Source of the DNA: an uncultured Bacteriovoracaceae bacterium | Lineage (GTDB): Bacteria; Bdellovibrionota; UBA2428 | Direction: 5' to 3' | NCBI GenBank assembly: GCA_964609695.1 | Contig: CAZSSP010000003.1 | Coordinates: 112,224-176,223, forward strand | Length of the DNA stretch: 64,000 bases | Shown: positions 49,095 through 58,601 of the stretch, one piece after another | Numbering within the stretch: the first letter of the stretch is position 1 | How the letters are laid out: each line of letters opens with the position of its first letter | Position numbers and translations under genes: made by a program | Notes under the pieces: generated by a model | Told to the model about the DNA's origin: nothing | What the model saw: the letters and a program-made list of their open reading frames with translations, nothing else | The model's database searches: none

Positions 49095-52000
49095 ATGCGA
49101 ATGAGGGCATGGGGTTTTGTTAAGGGCCAAAGTTTTGCATTTTTGAGAAAGCGTGTATTTCGTGTTCAGTTTTTATTAAGTTTAGCTTTAGGGAGTCTTT
49201 CTCAAGGCGCCCAAGCGGGTGTTGTTTGGGACGATTTAAAATCTTGTATGGCCAATCCCAAGCTTTGTGTTACTTCGATTCAATCCTCATTAAAAGCGGG
49301 CACAACGAGCATCGCCGATATGAGAAGAAACTTTTTGCTTCAGTATGCGATATTAAAAAATAGTCCTCAACTTTTAGCTCAACTCGAAGACATTTTAGGG
49401 CCTCTTGCTTTGAGTGAGACCGATAAATTAAAAATCAAACAGCTTCAAGAGAAGTATGCCAAAGTAAAAATTGATGAAGATCCCACTAAAGATGATCTTA
49501 AGGGATTTTCAAAAGAACTGGTGGATATACTTTCTCATGGAAATATTAACCCCGATCTCTTGGCCAAAATCAGTGAGCCACTTGAATCCGCAGGGCTTCT
49601 TGTTCACTCTCAACTGGACGAAGGCAGTGCTGCTGGCGCTCTTGCTAAAGAGGCAGCTGCATCTGGAGACTTTGAAAAAAGAATTGAAAACATGGCTGCA
49701 AGTGGAGGAGAAATATCGAATCCTTCAAAAGCAAATTTAGTTGAAGAAAAAAACACTAAATCGACGGCGACTAACTCGCCTAGCGACGAAGTGGCTTTAG
49801 ACGGTAGTCCCGTTGTTAATAAAAAAGTGGCATCGAATTTAAAAAGCAAAGCAAATCTTAATGGCAATTCTAAAAAATTTGATATTCCTACAGAAGATAT
49901 TATTCCCTCTTTTCCTGGGGCCCCAACATCAACGCCCTTGGCTTCGTCTAATTTTGACGGCTCAACGGGTAGTGGCGGCTCTACGGACTTAGTAGAGGAA
50001 TTTGAGAGAAGCCCCGCTTCGACTAGTGCTAAACAAGTGCACGGTAATGGGGATTCTTCTTCTACTTCGTCTTCGGGTGGTGCAAGTGCTGGAGCATCAA
50101 GCTCAGCGCCAATAAAGGGTAGTGGAAATAATGCAACGGATTCTTCGGGCTCTAGTGGAACATCAAGTGAAACAGCTTCTGTGGATACTCAACAAAATGG
50201 CTTGAGCCAGAACAATGGAACGCAAGATAAAGCAAATACTGCTTCCAGCGATTCACAAGATAATCAGCGGCATGTTTCAACTGATAACGGAACTGCTGCA
50301 AAAAATACTGATACCCAAGAGCGAAGCACTGAAGACTTTAAACCTAAAGAGGATCCCACTAAAGTTGAGCCTGCAAAAACTGGAGAGGCAAAAACAGGTG
50401 TAGAAATAAAAGGACCCGAAACTTTTAAGGCGACTAAGCCAGAAGTTAAAACTGCGGATAAAAGTTCAGTTTTTACGCAGCAGTTTTTAGATGCTCAAAA
50501 ATCAAAGGAATTAGTCAAGGCCTTTACTTCAAGTGACCAGGTGATTTCACCTCCTAATCTTACTGAAGGGATTAATTTGCTGATGTCACAGGGAAACTAT
50601 CAACAAGCTGAAGCTCTAATTAGATCTATGAATCCTGATTTTGTGGAAGAATATCAAAAACAAAAAGCGATAGATGATGAGATTTTACATTTATCTCAAA
50701 TGGAAAAAGCCGGTAAAATTACTAAGGAAGTTTTACTAGAAGAAGTTGCAAAAAATTTAGAAGCAAAAGAAAAGTTTAATAAATCTCGTGAAGCCAATAG
50801 CACAAATACTAAGGTTAAAAACGCTGCGAAATCAAAGACAACTTCAAAAGCTTCATCGGTAGTTTCTAAAGATCAAGTTTCTGCTCCCGATCGATTAAAA
50901 AAGGCATCCGATTTGATTGCCACTTCAATTAAAAGTAGTTCGGAAAACATTCTTCTGGAAACTAGAATAAAGCAAGCTAAAGAAACCTTGGAAGCTAGTT
51001 TAAAAAATCCTCCTTTACTTAACAGTGAGCGATTAGCTGAATGTAAATTGTTTTATAACAAAGCTTTTCTAGGTGATAGGGAGTCCGTTATTGAGCGTTC
51101 AAAAGAGTCGATAAAAGACTTTGGAGGAAATTTAGATACTGCCGATGTTAAATGTGAAAATTTGAAAATTAATTGGAGACATTCTTTGAGTAGCTACATG
51201 ATGCCGCTCAATCTTATGCATCCGGATGTAAATCCAAATTATAAACAAGATTTGCTTTATAATTGTGTTTCAGCATATTTGAAAATTTCAGCTTATAATA
51301 AATTAGCATCTTCTGAGGCCGACGAATATGTAAAAACGGGTTTAAAACCCATTACCAGTTACAATAAATACATGAGCTCTAAACTTGCTCAAGAAGATAG
51401 TTTGGAAATTCAGGCTAAACTTCTGCTAGTAGCAGAGCCTGAAGAATTGCTTTGTGCCTCTTTAATTCCAGAATACAACTTAAATAAACAAAGAGATTTA
51501 GGTAAAGTTCATGATTTTTATAAATGTGGCAAAGGAGCTCGAAGTTTAGAAACGCTTCCGCTTTATTTTGATAAAAAGGCTTATGAGAAACGTCTAGGAA
51601 ATTTACCACTTGTAGTCACGAGCAAAAATTTAAACGATAAAATGATTGAAGATTCTGAAGGTGTTGGCTTGCCTGTTTATCCCACAAGTACGAATTTAAC
51701 TGCCGATGGTCAGTTTGCTAAAACAGCATTTATGTTTAATTTTTTTAAAACAATTGAAATAGAAAATAATCAAATTCATGTGCCCTTTAAACCTTTTGAT
51801 TCTGAGGAAATTGGTCAAAGGTTGACGTTGCTTGAAGCTTCTAAAAGATCAAATTCTAACTCGCAATCAGATAAATTAAAAAGAGACAGAACTTATACTG
51901 CAAAACTTTATGAGTTACTTTATGGATCTTGTAGTCAATCTTTCGTAGGAGTAGGAGATGATTGTCGGGAGATTTTAAGTCATGATAAAGCGATTAAAGT

Positions 52001-52172
52001 AAAAACTGCTTTAACTAAAGCTAATCAAAGAGCATCACGAGATTTAGATAAGGTGAAATCAGATTTATTAAGTTCTGATGGTATGGAGAAGAATAAACCT
52101 TTTAGAGATGTTGTGGTTAAAAATCTATGTCGTGAAAGAGAACCAGCTTCAACTTCGCTTCACTCAAAATAG
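49095..52172 (+). CDS. Large secreted protein with Ser/Gly/Thr-rich low-complexity central region
   Basis: Signal peptide (FLLSLALGSLSQGAQA). About 170 aa of S/G/T/D/N-rich linker. Helical Lys-rich C-terminal half. No catalytic motif recognised. Confidence 0.45.
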   Translation: MRMRAWGFVKGQSFAFLRKRVFRVQFLLSLALGSLSQGAQAGVVWDDLKSCMANPKLCVTSIQSSLKAGTTSIADMRRNFLLQYAILKNSPQLLAQLEDILGPLALSETDKLKIKQLQEKYAKVKIDEDPTKDDLKGFSKELVDILSHGNINPDLLAKISEPLESAGLLVHSQLDEGSAAGALAKEAAASGDFEKRIENMAASGGEISNPSKANLVEEKNTKSTATNSPSDEVALDGSPVVNKKVASNLKSKANLNGNSKKFDIPTEDIIPSFPGAPTSTPLASSNFDGSTGSGGSTDLVEEFERSPASTSAKQVHGNGDSSSTSSSGGASAGASSSAPIKGSGNNATDSSGSSGTSSETASVDTQQNGLSQNNGTQDKANTASSDSQDNQRHVSTDNGTAAKNTDTQERSTEDFKPKEDPTKVEPAKTGEAKTGVEIKGPETFKATKPEVKTADKSSVFTQQFLDAQKSKELVKAFTSSDQVISPPNLTEGINLLMSQGNYQQAEALIRSMNPDFVEEYQKQKAIDDEILHLSQMEKAGKITKEVLLEEVAKNLEAKEKFNKSREANSTNTKVKNAAKSKTTSKASSVVSKDQVSAPDRLKKASDLIATSIKSSSENILLETRIKQAKETLEASLKNPPLLNSERLAECKLFYNKAFLGDRESVIERSKESIKDFGGNLDTADVKCENLKINWRHSLSSYMMPLNLMHPDVNPNYKQDLLYNCVSAYLKISAYNKLASSEADEYVKTGLKPITSYNKYMSSKLAQEDSLEIQAKLLLVAEPEELLCASLIPEYNLNKQRDLGKVHDFYKCGKGARSLETLPLYFDKKAYEKRLGNLPLVVTSKNLNDKMIEDSEGVGLPVYPTSTNLTADGQFAKTAFMFNFFKTIEIENNQIHVPFKPFDSEEIGQRLTLLEASKRSNSNSQSDKLKRDRTYTAKLYELLYGSCSQSFVGVGDDCREILSHDKAIKVKTALTKANQRASRDLDKVKSDLLSSDGMEKNKPFRDVVVKNLCREREPASTSLHSK

Positions 52173-52187
52173 AGTGTTTGAGTTTAA

Positions 52188-53708
52188 TTACAGTCCGATT
52201 CTTTGAAGTTCTTTAAATATTTGGCTTTGTTTAGTGGCGAAGCGCTGTTCTTTCATAGCGGCTTCAAGCATTTCGCGAGCTTTAGTTTTTTGAGCTGCTT
52301 TATCGTAGAGCTTGGAGCAATTTATTAAGCCTTCGAAACTTTTAAATGATTTAAAATCTTTTTGATAGCGATCGCATAATTCAGGACCAAATTTTTCTTT
52401 GTTTGAATGCACGCAAATTTCAATAATATCGAGTAGGAGATCTTCGCTAACGACGGCTTCTCGCGTGAGAGGAAGAGCGTAGTCTAGGGCAAAATCCATG
52501 TCTTGAGCCATAGTTTCAGCAGGTGTGAAGTTTTTACTTCGGGCATAATTTAAAAGCGCTAGGGCAGTTTTGCTGCGAATAAAGCGACTTTCAGTGCTTT
52601 GTGAAATAGCTTTTTTGTAATAAATGATTCCACGGCTAATTTTTCCAGCTGTGATTTCACGGTCGCCTAAATTCTCTAAGAGTAAAGCGGAAAATTTATT
52701 GGTGAGATCTTTAGGTTTGTTTTTAATCTTAGAAAGACTTTTGACAACTTCTTGAGCTTCATCAATTCTTTGATTGTAAAGTAAAGATAAACCACGACCT
52801 ATATAGTACAAAGCCTCATTGGGATATTTCTTAAGGGCTCTGTTGGAAATTTCGCCGAGTTCGTTGGATTTTTCTGAAGATAAATAAATTAGAATGAGCT
52901 GATCGAAAGCCCATTTTTCGTATTCTGGAAAATGAGTCAGTTTTTCTAGTTTAGAAGTGGCTTGATCAAGCATTTTATTTCGTAGCAGAGTTTTAGCACT
53001 CAGATTGAGTGCTTCGAGGTTGTTTGGTGTTTTAGCTAGAACTTGATCGAGCAATTTTATTCCTTCTTGCCAATTTCCTTCTAAAATATTGAGGTCTGCT
53101 TTTCCAAGAAGCACTTCGGCGGCAATGTTATTGTTGTCTGATTTTAAGGCCGCAATGTCGTCAATTCTTCTGAGAGATTCTCGTCTATATACGGGAAGAT
53201 GCTTTTCTCTTTCGGCGGGCGACATTTCTAAGAGCTTTCGTGATTCTAAATTCATGAAAATGTGCCAAGCTTTTAATCTTAGCTCTGAATTTTGAGGATT
53301 TATTTTTGCAGCATCGTCATAAAATAAAATGGCATTGCTCAAATCGTCTCGAAAGGCAAAAAAATCACCGACACTTTCTTTGAAGTCGGCACGGGCTTTG
53401 GCTTGATTGGGGGCATTGTCGTATAGGGTTACAAAAATCTCTTCATAGGATCGTTTACAGCTAAGGTAAAAGGACCGTGGCATTTCACTTTTGTCTTCAG
53501 AGCGCATTCTTTCTAAAATTTTTCGAGTTTCAACCATTAATGTGATTCGTTGCTCTGCTGAAAGCTTTGGGGCTAAGGCATTGGCCCGTGCTGTGTTGAT
53601 GTCAGAAGTGCTACAGGGAAGCTCGGCTCGTAGATGAAGGGCAAAAGTCACTAAAACTATGAAGCTGAATCTAAGTCGGCTACTCATAGGATTAGTGTAG
53701 AGGCCCAA
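52188..53708 (-). CDS. Secreted tetratricopeptide (TPR) repeat protein
   Basis: Signal peptide FIVLVTFALHLRA. Multiple TPR-like A/L/Y/G-spaced helical repeats. Confidence 0.55.
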   Translation of the reverse strand: MGLYTNPMSSRLRFSFIVLVTFALHLRAELPCSTSDINTARANALAPKLSAEQRITLMVETRKILERMRSEDKSEMPRSFYLSCKRSYEEIFVTLYDNAPNQAKARADFKESVGDFFAFRDDLSNAILFYDDAAKINPQNSELRLKAWHIFMNLESRKLLEMSPAEREKHLPVYRRESLRRIDDIAALKSDNNNIAAEVLLGKADLNILEGNWQEGIKLLDQVLAKTPNNLEALNLSAKTLLRNKMLDQATSKLEKLTHFPEYEKWAFDQLILIYLSSEKSNELGEISNRALKKYPNEALYYIGRGLSLLYNQRIDEAQEVVKSLSKIKNKPKDLTNKFSALLLENLGDREITAGKISRGIIYYKKAISQSTESRFIRSKTALALLNYARSKNFTPAETMAQDMDFALDYALPLTREAVVSEDLLLDIIEICVHSNKEKFGPELCDRYQKDFKSFKSFEGLINCSKLYDKAAQKTKAREMLEAAMKEQRFATKQSQIFKELQRIGL

Positions 53709-53746
53709 GTATAAATCCGCAACAAGGAGTCTTGTGAGTTTTCTAG

Positions 53747-54115
53747 ATGATATGCATAATCAAACTATTAATAAGCGCTATGATTAGAACAATTTTATTA
53801 CTTCTAATATCAAACGGTTTTATGACTTATGCTTGGTATGGTCATTTGAAAGATTCAAAAGATAAAGTTCTTTGGGTGGCCATTCTTTTGAGTTGGGGTG
53901 TGGCATTTTTTGAATATTGTTTTCAGGTGCCCGCCAATAGAATCGGTTTTCGATATTTAACATTGCCACAGCTAAAAGTACTTCAAGAGATTATAACAAT
54001 GGGTGTTTTTGCGCTTTTTAGCTTTTTATATATGAAAACACCATTAAATCGTAACTATCTCTATGCTTCGTTATGTTTAGTGATGGCAGCTTACTTTATG
54101 TTCAAAAGAGATTAG
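53747..54115 (+). CDS. DMT-superfamily small membrane protein (DUF486/COG3169-like)
   Basis: 122 aa, four hydrophobic helices. WYGHLK...FFEYCFQVPANRIGF pattern of the DUF486 family. Confidence 0.5.
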   Translation: MICIIKLLISAMIRTILLLLISNGFMTYAWYGHLKDSKDKVLWVAILLSWGVAFFEYCFQVPANRIGFRYLTLPQLKVLQEIITMGVFALFSFLYMKTPLNRNYLYASLCLVMAAYFMFKRD

Positions 54116-54263
54116 GGCCTGCTGAAAAAATGTCATCTGCTTTGTTCTCGGTCGCTCAGAGCCCTTTGCGCGGCTACTTCGCTCCCTGCGGCCTTGCATC
54201 TGACGACTTTTTCAACAGTCCCACTCGTCAATCAAGTATTCTCATTTTTGCTTTTAAGTAATT

Positions 54264-54737
54264 TTATCTGCAATCGTTAATGTTTCTTTCTCCAACGCTT
54301 AAGTATCGTTGATGTTCGAATTTAAAACCACGAATTTTTCCTTCAACTGTTTCTTCTAGGGTGACTATGCAAGTTTGTTTTTCGGAGTCTGGAACTAGAT
54401 TTTTGTTGAGTCTAATGGTGAGCTCAACAGGCTCCACTCCGAATCGATTTTGAATAACTTCTTCGGGAGTTTTAGCTTCAAAAGTCGCAAGGCAAGGAGC
54501 ATTTTCTCTAAAGTTTCTGTGGTCTAAAAGTGTAACATCCGCTAGCTCGGGTATTAAGACTTTAACAACGGGCTCGCTGTAGCCTGCTCTTGAAAATTTT
54601 AGATTCCATTTATTTATAGCCACATCCAATGTTACAGTTTTCTCACTCAAATTGACAGAGATTGGCTCTGCTTGAGCTTGAACGCCCAGGGCTAAGAGCA
54701 TCCCTACTTTAAGAAAAATATTTGATAGTGTTTTCAT
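54264..54737 (-). CDS. Hypothetical secreted protein
   Basis: Signal peptide MKTLSNIFLKVGMLLALGVQAQA. Confidence 0.35.
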   Translation of the reverse strand: MKTLSNIFLKVGMLLALGVQAQAEPISVNLSEKTVTLDVAINKWNLKFSRAGYSEPVVKVLIPELADVTLLDHRNFRENAPCLATFEAKTPEEVIQNRFGVEPVELTIRLNKNLVPDSEKQTCIVTLEETVEGKIRGFKFEHQRYLSVGERNINDCR

Positions 54738-54835
54738 TTTACATCCTCCATCCCCTAAGGGGTTAGAGCTAAAATTAGTCACTTTTTAAATATAAATATA
54801 ATGAATATATTTATTAAATGTAATAAATAGAATTA

Positions 54836-55687
54836 ATGATTAACCCCGTAGATTTGAGCTATTTTATTGAAGCCGCTCGCTCTAAAAATTTTTCGAGAGC
54901 TGCGGAGAAGTTGGGGATAACTCAACCTGCGTTAAGTCATTCTATAAAGCGTATGGAATCTCATTTAAAATTAAAACTCTTTATACGATCAAAGCGAGGC
55001 GTTGAATTGAGTTCGACAGGTCAATTGCTTTATCGTGAAGCCTCAAATCTACTAGGAACTTGGAATAATTTGTTAAGCCACTTAGAGGACGAATCTAAAA
55101 TTCCGCAGGGTGTGATTCGTTTGGGTTGTCATGCAGTTGTTGCGCAATATCTTTTACCTAAGTTCTTAACTCATTTCTTAGCAAAATATCCAAAAATTAA
55201 TTTTCAAATTGAGCATGGATTGTCGAGAGTCATGGCCGAGCGAGTGTTTAGTTCGCAGCTAGATATAGCGATTGTGGTCAACCCTACTCGTCATCAAGAT
55301 TTTATTATTAAGGAAATTTGTAATGACAGAGTTACATTGTGGCGACATAAGAAATTACGTGACTCTAAACTTTTAATGATTGAACCGAGTCTAAAGCAAA
55401 CTCAAAGTATTCTGAAAAAATTGAAAGTTAAAAGTTTTCAATTTGAGTCTATTTTAGAATCTTCGAGTTTAGAGTTTTTGTCTCAAATGCTTCTCTCAAA
55501 GGCGGGTTGTGCCATATTACCCGAGAGAGTCGTTGATATGCTTAATTCAAATGAAATAGAAGCCGTCGAGGGTGCTCCTGTACTTTACGACAAGATTTGT
55601 GCTGTTTATAAGCCGCATTTTAGATCCACTGAAAGAGCTCGAGTTTTTACTCAAGAACTTTTAGATTTTTATAAGAACAAGCTTTAA
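54836..55687 (+). CDS. LysR-family transcriptional regulator
   Basis: N-terminal HTH FSRAAEKLGITQPALSHSIKRME. LysR substrate-binding domain. Confidence 0.85.
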   Translation: MINPVDLSYFIEAARSKNFSRAAEKLGITQPALSHSIKRMESHLKLKLFIRSKRGVELSSTGQLLYREASNLLGTWNNLLSHLEDESKIPQGVIRLGCHAVVAQYLLPKFLTHFLAKYPKINFQIEHGLSRVMAERVFSSQLDIAIVVNPTRHQDFIIKEICNDRVTLWRHKKLRDSKLLMIEPSLKQTQSILKKLKVKSFQFESILESSSLEFLSQMLLSKAGCAILPERVVDMLNSNEIEAVEGAPVLYDKICAVYKPHFRSTERARVFTQELLDFYKNKL

Positions 55688-55711
55688 TTTAGTTTTGAAT
55701 AGAGTCCTATA

Positions 55712-56185
55712 TTGCTTATTCAAGGGTGCGCGGTTAGCGTTATAGTTGGAGGAACCATTATGAAAAATAAATTTTGGTGGGGTGTTCTGTGGAGCATTCT
55801 GACTGTCTTTGCAACGGACTTTTTAATTCACCAAGTCTTTTTGAAAGAAACTTACATGGCCACTGCAAGCTTGTGGCGCCCAGCTGGTGAAATGAACACA
55901 ACTTTACCTTATATGTTTTTGGGGCAAGCTTTAGTGGGTTTCTTTTTATTCTGGATTTATTCCATTGGATATAAAGGAAAGGGCTGGAGTGAAGCATGGC
56001 ACTTTGCACTTTATTTTGGATGTTTTGAGGCTGGAAAAACTTTTATTATGTTTGCCGTAACTCCCTACACATGGGACTTGGTTTCGGGATGGGTGATTGC
56101 AGGATTTTTCCAAATGTGGGCCGTGGCACTAGTGGCCACTTGGTCTATTAAAACTTGGAAAATCAAACCTTGGGTTTGGGGCTGA
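55712..56185 (+). CDS. Hypothetical integral membrane protein
   Basis: Trp-rich, four predicted TM helices. Directly downstream of the LysR regulator. Confidence 0.35.
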   Translation: MLIQGCAVSVIVGGTIMKNKFWWGVLWSILTVFATDFLIHQVFLKETYMATASLWRPAGEMNTTLPYMFLGQALVGFFLFWIYSIGYKGKGWSEAWHFALYFGCFEAGKTFIMFAVTPYTWDLVSGWVIAGFFQMWAVALVATWSIKTWKIKPWVWG

Positions 56186-56210
56186 TTTTTATCTATTTGT
56201 ATTAAAATTA

Positions 56211-56257
56211 AAGTCGCTTGAAGATTCTTTCATTGAATTTTTAAGCGACTTTTTTAT
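56211..56257. terminator. Rho-independent terminator (bidirectional) between convergent genes
   Basis: AAGTCGCTT...AAGCGACTT 9-bp stem followed by TTTTTT. Confidence 0.5.
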
Positions 56258-56259
56258 TG

Positions 56260-57051
56260 TTAAAATATTTCTTTAAAGAGCTGATCCATCGCCAAGTGCG
56301 ATCTTCTGTCAGCGACTTCATTGTAAGCAGCGCCTTTCTTGATATCGTTACCAGCGCTTTTGTCGGTAAAGGAATGAACAGCGCCTCCATACTTAATCAT
56401 TTGAAAATCGACATTGTATTTTTTCATTTCATCCTCAAAGGCGTTCAATTCATCGGGCGCTACAAAGGGGTCGATGGCGCCATGGAGCGCTAAAATTTTA
56501 GCTTTAATATTTTTTCCGTCCTCAGGATTGGGTGAGTCTAGGCCTCCGTGAAATGATACTGCCGCATTGATCTTTGCGCCTGAGCGAGCCAATTCAATAA
56601 CGCCCGTTCCTCCAAAACAAAATCCAATGGCCGCAATTTTTTTTGAATCAACATTTTTTTGTTTTAAAAGAGTTTTAAGTCCTGCCTTCATTCTTTCGCG
56701 GAAAAGTTTGCGATCTTTTTTATAGAGACCTGCTAAAGCTCCTGCTTCTTGTTGATTTTTGGGTCGAGTGTCTTTGCCATAAATATCTGCGGCAAATGCT
56801 ACATATCCTTTTTTGGCTAACTCTTGAGCCTCAAACTTAGTGGTGTCGCTTATTCCCATCCAATTGTGTGTGACCAAAATTCCAGGAGCCTTATTCTGAA
56901 TGGCGTCATCATAAATAAGATAGCCTTCTAGAATGCTTTTGCCTTCTTTGTACTCAATTGTGCTTTCAACGAGTTTCGCATTTCCGGTTGCGTGAATAAA
57001 AATGAAGCTTAATAAAAAAACTTTGATGAATAAATTTTTCATAATTGTCAT
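56260..57051 (-). CDS. Dienelactone hydrolase family protein (secreted)
   Basis: Signal peptide. DLH fold with GFCFGG nucleophile motif and ...ALHGAIDPFV..., HGGAVHSF. Confidence 0.7.
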   Translation of the reverse strand: MTIMKNLFIKVFLLSFIFIHATGNAKLVESTIEYKEGKSILEGYLIYDDAIQNKAPGILVTHNWMGISDTTKFEAQELAKKGYVAFAADIYGKDTRPKNQQEAGALAGLYKKDRKLFRERMKAGLKTLLKQKNVDSKKIAAIGFCFGGTGVIELARSGAKINAAVSFHGGLDSPNPEDGKNIKAKILALHGAIDPFVAPDELNAFEDEMKKYNVDFQMIKYGGAVHSFTDKSAGNDIKKGAAYNEVADRRSHLAMDQLFKEIF

Positions 57052-57065
57052 TATGGAATGAGAAC

Positions 57066-57821
57066 TTAGAATTTGAAAGCCTGAGAGATGGAGAAGTTTA
57101 TATTTTGAAAAAGTCTTCTGCAGGGCAAAGTCTGTTGAATTTGAGAATTACGTAGGAGATTTAGAAGGCCCTTATAGGAATCCCGAGGCTTGTTAGGATC
57201 GGGAAGCGGGGCTTTAAGATCGAATACCTTTGCACGTCCGTAGGGTGCAAATTCTTTGAAGTCACCATTCCAAATTCGACCATGTAATTCCGGGTCGATT
57301 GGCACCAATGTCGCGTTAAGTTCTTTTGCCGTTTCTTTGTAACTGTCATAGCCTAAATCGCCAAATATTGCCGTTTGTACTTCTAATGGTATGTTTTTTG
57401 TTTTTAAATAGTTCTCTACATAATCTCTATTTAGTTCTGCGCTTATTCCACTAAATACTACATCGTACAAAACTATTTTTTTTATTCCATTTGGGATTAC
57501 TAAAAATTTTTCAATATGTGAGTTGAGTCTATTGGTCAGTTTTCTATTCATTTTATTGAGTTTTACTCCAGATGTTCTTAGCTCAGAAATGGGTAGAAAT
57601 ACCTGATGAAGCTCCGGGTCTAAACTCATTGCTGCCGCAATTACACTGGGTGACTGACCGACACAAACAAATAGAGTGCTCGCTTTGTCGAAAGGCTTTT
57701 TTAGGGCTTCCGCTGCTTCAAAAATACTAAGTATCTCTCCAGGAAAAAAGTTTTGAGAATAACTAGTAGTTCCCCAAAAGAAAAAATATCCTACGAGTAA
57801 ATTTAGAAAAAACTTCCTCAC
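57066..57821 (-). CDS. Hypothetical secreted protein
   Basis: Signal peptide MRKFFLNLLVGYFFFWGTTSYS. Confidence 0.35.
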   Translation of the reverse strand: MRKFFLNLLVGYFFFWGTTSYSQNFFPGEILSIFEAAEALKKPFDKASTLFVCVGQSPSVIAAAMSLDPELHQVFLPISELRTSGVKLNKMNRKLTNRLNSHIEKFLVIPNGIKKIVLYDVVFSGISAELNRDYVENYLKTKNIPLEVQTAIFGDLGYDSYKETAKELNATLVPIDPELHGRIWNGDFKEFAPYGRAKVFDLKAPLPDPNKPRDSYKGLLNLLRNSQIQQTLPCRRLFQNINFSISQAFKF

Positions 57822-57924
57822 TTTTCAGTATCGGATTAAACTCTAGCTTCTTGATTTAGATGAAACTTAAGCGCTAATTTTTTGGCGCTTAAGACTTTAT
57901 AATGTCTGGGTAGGGCCTTCGGCA

Positions 57925-57951
57925 AAAATGGCGGAGAGGGTGGGATTCGAA
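57925..57951 (-). repeat. 27-bp direct repeat of the tRNA-Ser 3' end (att-like partial tRNA copy)
   Basis: AAAATGGCGGAGAGGGTGGGATTCGAA is identical at 57925-57951 and 58177-58203. The second copy is the 3' end of the intact tRNA-Ser. Confidence 0.6.
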
Positions 57952-58180
57952 GTCATGCGCTCGTGCTCGCGCAGCTCGCACTCCGCCTGACCACTCGCAA
58001 AGCTTTCACTCGCTCCCCGCTCGTTCAGCCCCTTGGGCCGCATTGCTCTAGGTTCGAATCCCCCACAATTTTCACGTGATAATTTTCCCCTCAAACGAGG
58101 AAGTTAAGTGCGAGTGTATACATACGAAAGTATCCGAGCACTTAAGTGACAATGTTTGAGTGGAAAAGTATCCGTGAAAA

Positions 58181-58270
58181 TGGCGGAGAGGGTGGGATTC
58201 GAACCCACGTAACCCTTGCGGATTATCCAGTTTTCAAGACTGGCGCGATCAACCGCTCTGCCACCTCTCC
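58181..58270 (-). tRNA. tRNA-Ser (anticodon UGA)
   Basis: Minus-strand sense GGAGAGGTGGCAGAGCGGTTGATCGCGCCAGTCTTGAAAACTGGATAATCCGCAAGGGTTACGTGGGTTCGAATCCCACCCTCTCCGCCA. 7-bp acceptor stem, anticodon loop CTTGAAA, long variable arm, GTTCGAATC T-loop, encoded CCA. Confidence 0.85.
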
Positions 58271-58416
58271 GAAATAATGAAATAACTTCATTAAAGCAGT
58301 GTCTTGCTGACTGGCGTCATATAAATCTTGCGTTTATATCGGCTCAGTTAGCCCCTTAGCTCGGTTGAAGCTTTTGGGCGCTGCTTGTTAGCTTTTCTAG
58401 TCCGAAGTAGCTTTTT

Positions 58417-58445
58417 TTGAAAGGGGCGTAAAAATTAGTTATAGC
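58417..58445 (+). promoter_or_regulatory. Sigma-70-type promoter for SRP RNA
   Basis: TTGAAA, 17-nt spacer, TATAGC, ending about 7 nt before the predicted RNA 5' end. Confidence 0.4.
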
Positions 58446-58452
58446 ATTAGGT

Positions 58453-58552
<100 letters not shown>

Positions 58553-58601
58553 TTATGCTTCCCAAGTGGAAGCCGAAGATGAGTTCAAATTAAGAGGATA
58601 G

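Noticed and set aside
54116-54263. GC-rich convergent intergenic segment (GCGCGGCTACTTCGCTCCCTGCGGCC) with vague similarity to the 57956-58035 GC-rich segment
   Set aside because: The shared strings (TCGCTCCC, CCACTCG-CAA) are too short to claim a repeat family without a genome-wide search.
57929-58000. Attempt to fold the 57929-58000 minus-strand sequence as a complete second tRNA (acceptor GGCGGAG/CTCCGCC)
   Set aside because: No D-arm or anticodon arm can be formed. Only the 3' 23 nt match tRNA-Ser, so it is called a partial copy or att repeat rather than a tRNA gene.
58020-58060. Apparent plus-strand tRNA T-arm (GGTTCGAATCCCCCA)
   Set aside because: GGATTCGAATCC is self-complementary, so it reads as a T-loop on both strands. 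No acceptor or anticodon stems can be built on the plus strand. Treated as part of the GC-rich repeat segment, not a tRNA.
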